A DNA stretch of 62,620 bases, counting the filler, from Sphacelaria rigidula (lineage: Eukaryota), in assembly GCA_964200075.2 (NCBI GenBank). It is 6 parts of 6 records of this genome, joined end to end, with 100 filler letters (N's around TTAATTAATTAA, not from the genome) between each part and the next. Parts side by side here need not be neighbours in the genome. Positions count along the whole stretch, not along the records: positions 41,816 to 52,168 come from CAXNAA020006675.1; positions 52,269 to 62,620 come from CAXNAA020006676.1; 4 more parts are not named here. The stretch is one strand, 5' to 3'. The notes under the pieces were generated by a model. It saw only the letters and a list, made by a program, of their open reading frames with translations. It did not search any database and had not been told where the DNA came from. Made by a program: the position numbers and the translations under genes. Shown piece by piece: positions 48,823-62,620 of this stretch (positions are counted from its first letter, which is position 1; the number at the start of each line of letters is the position of its first letter).

Positions 48823-50649
48823 CGGAAATCTCCGCTCAGGTCGATTTAGCGTGGGATCGATGAACGTGTGGTATTTTGTCATGCGTGAAACCCGCGCGGG
48901 GGGTACAGTCCGCGTGTCGAATATGTTCACACCTTGACGGAATAGTAAATATGATAGATGATTTATTGGGCTTCAAAGGGTGGTTTATTCTTCAGGAGCT
49001 GCACTCAGATATGAAGGGCATCCCGCGTGCTTACATCCTTGAATGGTTGATTGAATCGGGATCCGTTGGGTGCGCAGCACTGTAGTCAGTTCGACAGCTG
49101 TATGTTGAGGTATTTTTGATGGTTTACAGTGTTACAGTACAGTACAGTGTAGTGTTTGGCATGCAGGGCATCACCCTCATGTGTCACGGTGTAGTTTTCC
49201 GTGTTGCGAAGATGCTTGTTCAGTGAAAAATGCCCAGTGATGAACCGACACACCGCGTTTACCTGCTGCTGTCTTGCAAATGTACAAAGTACGTGTGTAT
49301 GTAAAAAGACGGCAAATTTGTGGCTTTTGTCAGGTTCAAGGGGTAGCTGGTTCTGGGGGGGAGGGAGGGGCTACATACGTCCAGCGTGCACGGGTTTTTA
49401 CATGTGATGCTTGAGATTGTGAAAGGGTGCAATGCATGTCCGATTGTGCTCTTTCGTGGCGCTAAACTGCACTCGCTGCGGTAGAGTAGTCTCAGTCTAC
49501 ACACCCGTATTTTGCACAAGGCGACACACGCACACGCATGTCGTAGCTTTTCAGGCAGTGCAGCGCTATCTGGCGTCTTTGTTGAATGTTTAACGGTGCG
49601 GGCGGAGAGGTTTAGAGATTTGCAGTGCCGGCGGAGCGAGAGAGAGGCGAAGAGAAACACCGAGGCAGGAGTGGGGCTCGACATTCTGATGGGTCAGGGC
49701 AAAACTAAACTAATGTTGTCGTTGACTGAATAATCCCGTAATGTACTGACGCAATCTACAATCTTGGGCGTGGTGTCGTTTCACCACCAACGATGTGCTC
49801 AGTTTTTTTACTACTGAGTTTTCTGACTGAACAAAAAAAAAAGCCCGAACGACATATTCTCAGTGGCTGAACAATCCTGCCGAGAACTGACGCCGCCACT
49901 TACGGTCTTCGAGGCGGGGTAACGCTTCATCACGGATGACGTCACTCCCTAAACTATTTTGCAAAAAAGAAAGCTTTCCTGCAAACTCTCAGATTGTTCC
50001 TGTATTCTGTTCATGGGCTTTCAGCGCTGAAGAAGTAAGCAGGATAAATGCACACTGTCACATGTGGAAGATGAAACTGATAAGAGAAGGGAAGCGTGGC
50101 CTATAGGTTTTGCAATTGAGAACTTTGATGGAACAATCTAATTACCCGGAAATTCCCGTTTCATGACTATAACAGCGACATCACCCTCTTGACCTCACGC
50201 TTCGGGCGGAGTAATTGTCAATTTCTTCAGTAATCACGAAACTACATGCCGTTTTTTTCTGGTAGACTAGTGTCGTAGGTCATGCGTTTTCCCAACCGTC
50301 GGCCTCTGCACCCTCGCTGGTGCGACAGGTTTCACACACTACAGTAATACTAGTCACATAACGAACGAGCCCATACCATACACCCGGTGAGACACGATGT
50401 TGTGGCGGGAGATTGGTGAAGCGCCATGAGCCGCTGTCTGAGGGGTCTCGTGGAAGTGTGATGGACGCATGTGGTGCAAAATATACACAAGCGTTGGTAA
50501 GAGTCGGAAGGGTCCTCTCTGCGGTGAAGCCGTTAACGAGCGGAGAAAATGTGGCGGGTCAATTCGTCGTCGAAGGCTCTTGTGATCACGATAATAGTTC
50601 ATCACCGCCGCCAAACCAACGGTGAAGTATCGAGCTGAATAAGAGCCGA

Positions 50650-50930
50650 TCTAAACCCCGCCGAAATTAGTTTTTTCTCCTCACATCATGCCCAACAGCG
50701 TAGAGCGACCATGCCGTGGCGGGTACACAAAACTCGACTTGACGTCGCGCTGAACCCTTCTCGCAATAAAAAGTAAGATGAGCACCGCAGCAGGAAGTTG
50801 ACGTACTAAAATAGAACAAAATATCAAGAATTCCTGTGTAGACTGACTTCCTTCCTCTTGTGACCCTGGCTGATCTGTCCACATATTTGATAAAAGATGT
50901 AGGCTAACGTTCAGAATAGATGGGATGACG

Positions 50931-51000
<70 letters not shown>
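50650..51000 (+). repeat. Retroposon-like repeat ending in the shared tail and long (CA)n
   Basis: AAGATGTAGGCTAACGTTCAGAATAGATGGGATGACGG then (CA)~34. 5' boundary approximate. Confidence 0.6.
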
Positions 51001-52097
51001 TTTGCACTGCCTTGGCTACAAGAAGTACTGTTTTCCAGTGCCTGCTGCCGATGAGGTGAAACGGCCGTGCCTGGCTCCGGCTGCGTTTTGGTTCGACGCA
51101 TCGCAAAGATTTACCACCGTGCCGTACCGCGCTGCATTTTGTACTTTACTGTACTGCACGACTATGCTGTTGCAGCAAACTCGCTCTGTAGATTTATGTC
51201 CAACTCGCGGCGATGTGCAGCTTGGGGGGCAGCTAAAAAGGCCGCAGCCGTCCGTCGGCAAAGAAAAAAAGTGTCTCGACCGGTTATCGATCACCCTGTC
51301 TGTGCGCCTCTCTACTCCCGCTACATGCCATTGCGTTGGCGCTCGGTGTCTTCTACCAAAGATCCCTTGGGCTATTAATATTAAGATGCAGACACAGACG
51401 AACGGGCCAGGGACGAAATACTTCCTCCGCGCCCTAGAAAAAGTTGCAGTATCCGCTTGCCATATGATGTGGATGATCCGTCGACCTATGCAATCACTCG
51501 GTTTCAGGTATTCTTTTCTGTATCGAGACTGAGGGCATGCGGTGCGGAAAGCGGAACGAAAATCATGCACGTCTTATCACGTGCAGGGTAGTCTCGCACA
51601 GGAATATCTGTCAACCGTGTGGAAGCCTCACATCACCATCTTTCGTAAAAATGAAAACCACATACAAACTGTACCTTGTACAGTCTAATACCCTTGTTGG
51701 AACTGGCCAACATCCTCACACATGAGCATCTGCGAGTCGGATGGCAAAGGTCAAAATCTTACATGGTCATTGACCAACCAATTTAGGGATATGGGTGCGT
51801 TAAAAACACAACACTGATCCTACGACACGGAGGGGGGAGGGCGTTGCTCTAACAAATGGGGTCACGAGTGTGTTGCACGATCTCACCCACTATTATAGTA
51901 TTGGACTTCTTGTGTGTTACAACCACCTCACACTTTAGTAGTAGACATATGCATGAGTGGAAACGGTGTCAGGTGGTTTGAAAAAAATGATGTTGACAGC
52001 AAAAGAAGCAGCCATGTGGATGTCTCTGCGTTCAGCGACATTTCAAGACGACATCCTTCGCGCAACAAGTGACTCAACCCCCCCCCCCCCCGTCCCA

Positions 52098-52168
52098 TGC
52101 TCCGTCTCGAAAGGGATGCGTGGTCAATGGTCAAACGACTAAGGCAGGCAACAAATGAGTAAGCCCCC
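52098..52168 (+). mobile_element. 66-bp LINE 3'-end mini-element between C tracts, at contig end
   Basis: C-run, GTCCCA|TGCTCCGTCTCGAAAGGG...AAATGAGTAAG|CCCCC. Confidence 0.85.
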
Positions 52169-52268
52169 NNNNNNNNNNNNNNNNNNNNNNNNNNNNNNNN
52201 NNNNNNNNNNNNTTAATTAATTAANNNNNNNNNNNNNNNNNNNNNNNNNNNNNNNNNNNNNNNNNNNN
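52169..52268. other. Artificial contig linker
   Basis: N44-TTAATTAATTAA-N44. Confidence 0.98.
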
Positions 52269-55073
52269 CGCGGTGGAGAGCTTTCAACAGGATGTGGCAA
52301 CCGCCACCCGCCACTTGTGGCCTTGGATAGTGTCCCCATCACGTTGTCACGCAGCCCTTTGTGGTCGGGGTGGGTCTCGATTTCCCTCTTTGTTGCAAGC
52401 GGCAAATTCTCTTCGAACGACATGGGTGTTGCGCCGCAGATACAGTACAGTGCAGCACGCTTTTCCGAATGCAGCAGCAGCTGCCGCTGCATACTCCCTC
52501 ACATGTTCTGGGCAGTTCTCCGCGACAGAGATCAGCTGCCTATACACAACAAGTTCGTTACCGTCGACTACATACGACCTCACCGCCGCTTGTACCGCTT
52601 CGACAGAGAGATACGCAGAACTCATGCCTCTAGCCCCGTGTCTCGTCCCACAGCCTTGCCAAATTCAGTCGCCTTGTGAACATGACCACATATATAGTAG
52701 GGTACATTTATTCCCGAGTTTCCCCCGAGAACTACGTGTTAGTGTCATCAACTAGGATTTACTATAGGATAGTGACTCCAAAAATAATCGGGGGATGGGA
52801 GGTCGGGCCTACATAAAATGCAAGTAAATGATAAAATAATTCCGGAATCCGAGCCCCGAGAACTTGGGCTTTCTTTTGCTTCGAAGACCTTTTTGTGGGC
52901 CAGGGACAGGGTACACCAACTTTGCAGTGACATCACTCCCGGCGACAGCCATCCCCCCACTGGTCGTTCCGATGGGGTCGATAACTTTTGCCTCGCCCTG
53001 ATTGGACAGGTCGCTCCCCGACCTGTTCATTATTATTTTACTAATACATGGTAAACATGGTGTTAGTGAGCTTCAGTCTCAAAAGGGTTAAGAACTTGTG
53101 CACAAATTGTGACGCCACTAAGGAACTCTTCACTATATCCTATATATTCGTTGTTGTTTGCCCCACAGGAAATAAGCCGCGGGCCTCGTGGAAAATAAGA
53201 AGTTCCTAAGTGGTGGCGTCACCTGTAAGGTACTGTGAGCCAATTCATTTTCGCAGACTTGGCTCGCGGCCTACGAGGTGGGCAAACGCCACGAGCACTA
53301 CAAACGTGCAAAACGACATCATAGCGATCCCGCCTATCATGTGTTTCGAAAATGCGTCCTAGCGTTCACACGTTATACAGTATGGTAGTGTGTTTTACAG
53401 TCTGTTGTCTCTATTATCGTACTGACTTGTGAGATGGAATTGTACAGTCAGTGATTGCGCCGCACGAACCGCAAGTTCCAGTGGGAAGCGAAATGGAGTC
53501 GGCGCCGGATCAGGCGACCACGAAACAACGAAGGCTGTTTCAAAGAAGGGTAACTCGCTACCGGAAACGAAGTAAATACGTAGCCGATACAACGTGGCTA
53601 TATAGATAACCTGATGAACCTGTCGAGAACATGCACTGGCACGATAGCACGCAACCAAGACACGAAGGCGAGGATCTCAATACAAAGCCCCAACACCTCA
53701 ATCACTGGGTAGATAGAGTAAGTAAAAGACAGCCCCGTGTAGTTTGCACTGCCATATGGAGTCAGCCTTGTCCCTGCTATGATGGGCTGCTTCTACAAAA
53801 TCGACACCCCTCGGCTCACCTGCGACATGAATATACTTGTAGCACTACGACATACCCCGCGTGAAGTCATCGAAATCGCCATTCCAGCCGTGCAGTCGGG
53901 TTGTCTCTGCGACAGTTGTCAGGTTGACTCTCAATGGACTAAAATCATGACGATAGGCATCAGGTAATCTTTAGTCTCGCCGCATTCAGCGCCCAGGCAG
54001 ACAGTATCGACATCGACAGCTGCCACAGAGGTCTGAGGGCTGCGTTGTAAGGACTGTGAGGTTTTTGAGGGCTGTTGCAAGGAAATGCTTCGCTCTGTGT
54101 TCGCTGTAAGATATGGTCGTTTGGCTGTTGCTTTTGATGGTGGAACGGTGCTCGAGGTTGGTCCCGATAGGTGAGATGCAGTACGTACCGCCCGAGGTTG
54201 CCCGCCTTTACTGTACGGTCTATCGTGTAAGTCACTGAGAGCACCTACAAGATACTGCGCTATATTGTGGCGTCCGTGTCTAGGTTGGTGCTTGGTGTAC
54301 ATGTCAGACCCGCGATGCTAGAAGAAGACCCAGGCTTCAGCAACGAGCGCGGCTGTGTTGGCAGAAGTTGCAGGCTTTTTTGTGATTTTGCTATCCATAG
54401 GGTCGCCTTGGCGTTCGTATACACGCATGAATCATGCTGACTTCCGTACTCGGCTGTACAGTCGGCTGCTGTACAGCACCGCACGATGCGGAACATCGTA
54501 CATGTGCCGTACAGGTGATTTATACAATTGACCTACTTGTCGTGTGCTTACTGCGCTGTCCTCGTGTAAAGGCCTATGCCGTTTCAAACATCAAAGCAAG
54601 CACTCTTTGGTGTATATGTACGAAGGAGGCAAGGCTTGCCGAGCACGGGAAGCACGACCCATATGCGCAGCAGAGGTGGAATCTCACCTGCCACCGTTTC
54701 TTGATTCAACGTGCTCCTATTACTGTATAGCTTGCTCAAAACGTGATTTTGTTCAAATCGACACCTTCGGCGCCGACTTGAGGTCTGCCAACGCACACTT
54801 TGCCTGGAGTAACCTTTGCGCCCTCCTTGCCCGAGTGTTTTCATATGCCTTGGTCGGGGTAAGGGTTAGCGATAGTGATCGCGATAGCGTTGTTGTAGTT
54901 CAAAATCACAATTTTCGAGAATACTTTGTCAACCACTTTTTACGACCAAAGCGTAAGTACCCCTGCCTATGTGAGCATTTTTTATTCGGCACAAGTTCAC
55001 TGACCTCTCGCGGTGATTTTCTATCCTGTTGCTATTCCCACTATTGATACCTCCTGTTCCGAATCACAAAAAC

Positions 55074-61809
<6,736 letters not shown>

Positions 61810-62620
61810 GTATGTGTACGAGGGAGAGAGCGAGAGAGCAGATGGGGGAGATATTTTTTTTGTTCAAGGAAAGACGCAGACATATGACCTAACTTAACTG
61901 ACCGACGTTACCGAAAAACAAGAGAAAGGGGGTGACAGACGAAGACAGAGAGAGTCATGACCCAACGTTTTCGTGGATGAAGAATTAAGGCACCCACAAA
62001 TGTAGAAAGAGAAAGGGAAGGGGGACGGAAAGGGAGGGGTGGGGGGAGGGGGGTGGTAGTGTAGCCACAACAGAGGAGTGTTCACTTTTCCTGTTCGGTG
62101 TTCTTGTTTTTTTTCTTCACATCTTTTTTCGATTGAATCGCGGTTCTTTTTTTCTATCAATACAGTACCTTTCTTCTTATCTCGTGTAATTTTCCATTCA
62201 AAATGAACGTCTAAATACCCTCGGCCAGAAAGATGGTCGAACGAATTGTGCGCGCTGTGTCGTTTGCGTAATTGTTTCTCGCCGAAATGACAAATTTGTG
62301 CAGGATTGCTTTTGAAACCGGCCGTGGCTCAAAAGGACGCTGCCGACTCTCTTGCGGGAGGGCTTAGGAAGCACAAGGGAACAAGGAGCGCAGGGAAGAG
62401 TTCCACGGCCTGGAACAACTTCAGCAAGAGGTGAAACTACTCCTTCCATTCTTCCCTCTGCGTCTCCTTTTCACTTGCAACTTTTTCCCTCAGTTGGTCC
62501 CCATGGTTGACATTTTGTGTTCTGCGCCCCCCCCCCCCCCCCCGCCCTCTCCTTGTTTGTTCTTTGGGTTGTTTTTTGGGGCGGTGAGTTGTGTGGGCGG
62601 TACTTCGCATGAGGAAGGAG

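Noticed and set aside
52347..52625. Minus-strand ORF MSSAYLSVEAVQAA.. as a first exon of another gene
   Set aside because: It has a plausible donor but no recognisable homology, and no further exon before the contig end.
53605..53655. Possible hammerhead ribozyme (CTGATGA..stem..CGATA)
   Set aside because: The GAAA core is not intact and I could not identify stems I and III by eye; at best a dead relic. An Infernal search would settle it.

Overview
Eukaryotic nuclear DNA, most likely from a brown alga (Phaeophyceae). This is inferred from the intron-rich genes with short exons, TTAGGG-type motifs, the repeat landscape and stramenopile-type gene families. The window is not one locus. It holds six unrelated, size-sorted contigs (10354, 10354, 10354, 10353, 10353, 10352 bp) joined by artificial 100-bp N44-TTAATTAATTAA-N44 linkers, so no adjacency across linkers is meaningful. 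Hand-spliced genes: an exportin-5 fragment (contig 1), a Cys-rich multi-pass membrane protein (contig 2), COG7 exon 1 head-to-head with an unknown membrane-anchored gene (contig 3), two exons of a tyrosinase-like gene (contig 4), an apparently complete ZC2HC1-family C2HC zinc-finger gene (contig 5) and WDR4/TRM82 (contig 6). The rest is transposon relics (Tc1/mariner-like and hAT MITEs, decayed LINEs, a truncated LTR element, possible Penelope and Sola-like fragments) and mini/microsatellites. I found no prokaryotic-type system such as CRISPR or a defence island. The most unusual signal is a 66-bp LINE-derived mini-element. It matches the extreme C-terminal coding end of a LINE ORF, starts at the same nucleotide in 4 of 5 free-standing copies, and ends in or sits in C tracts rather than poly(A).
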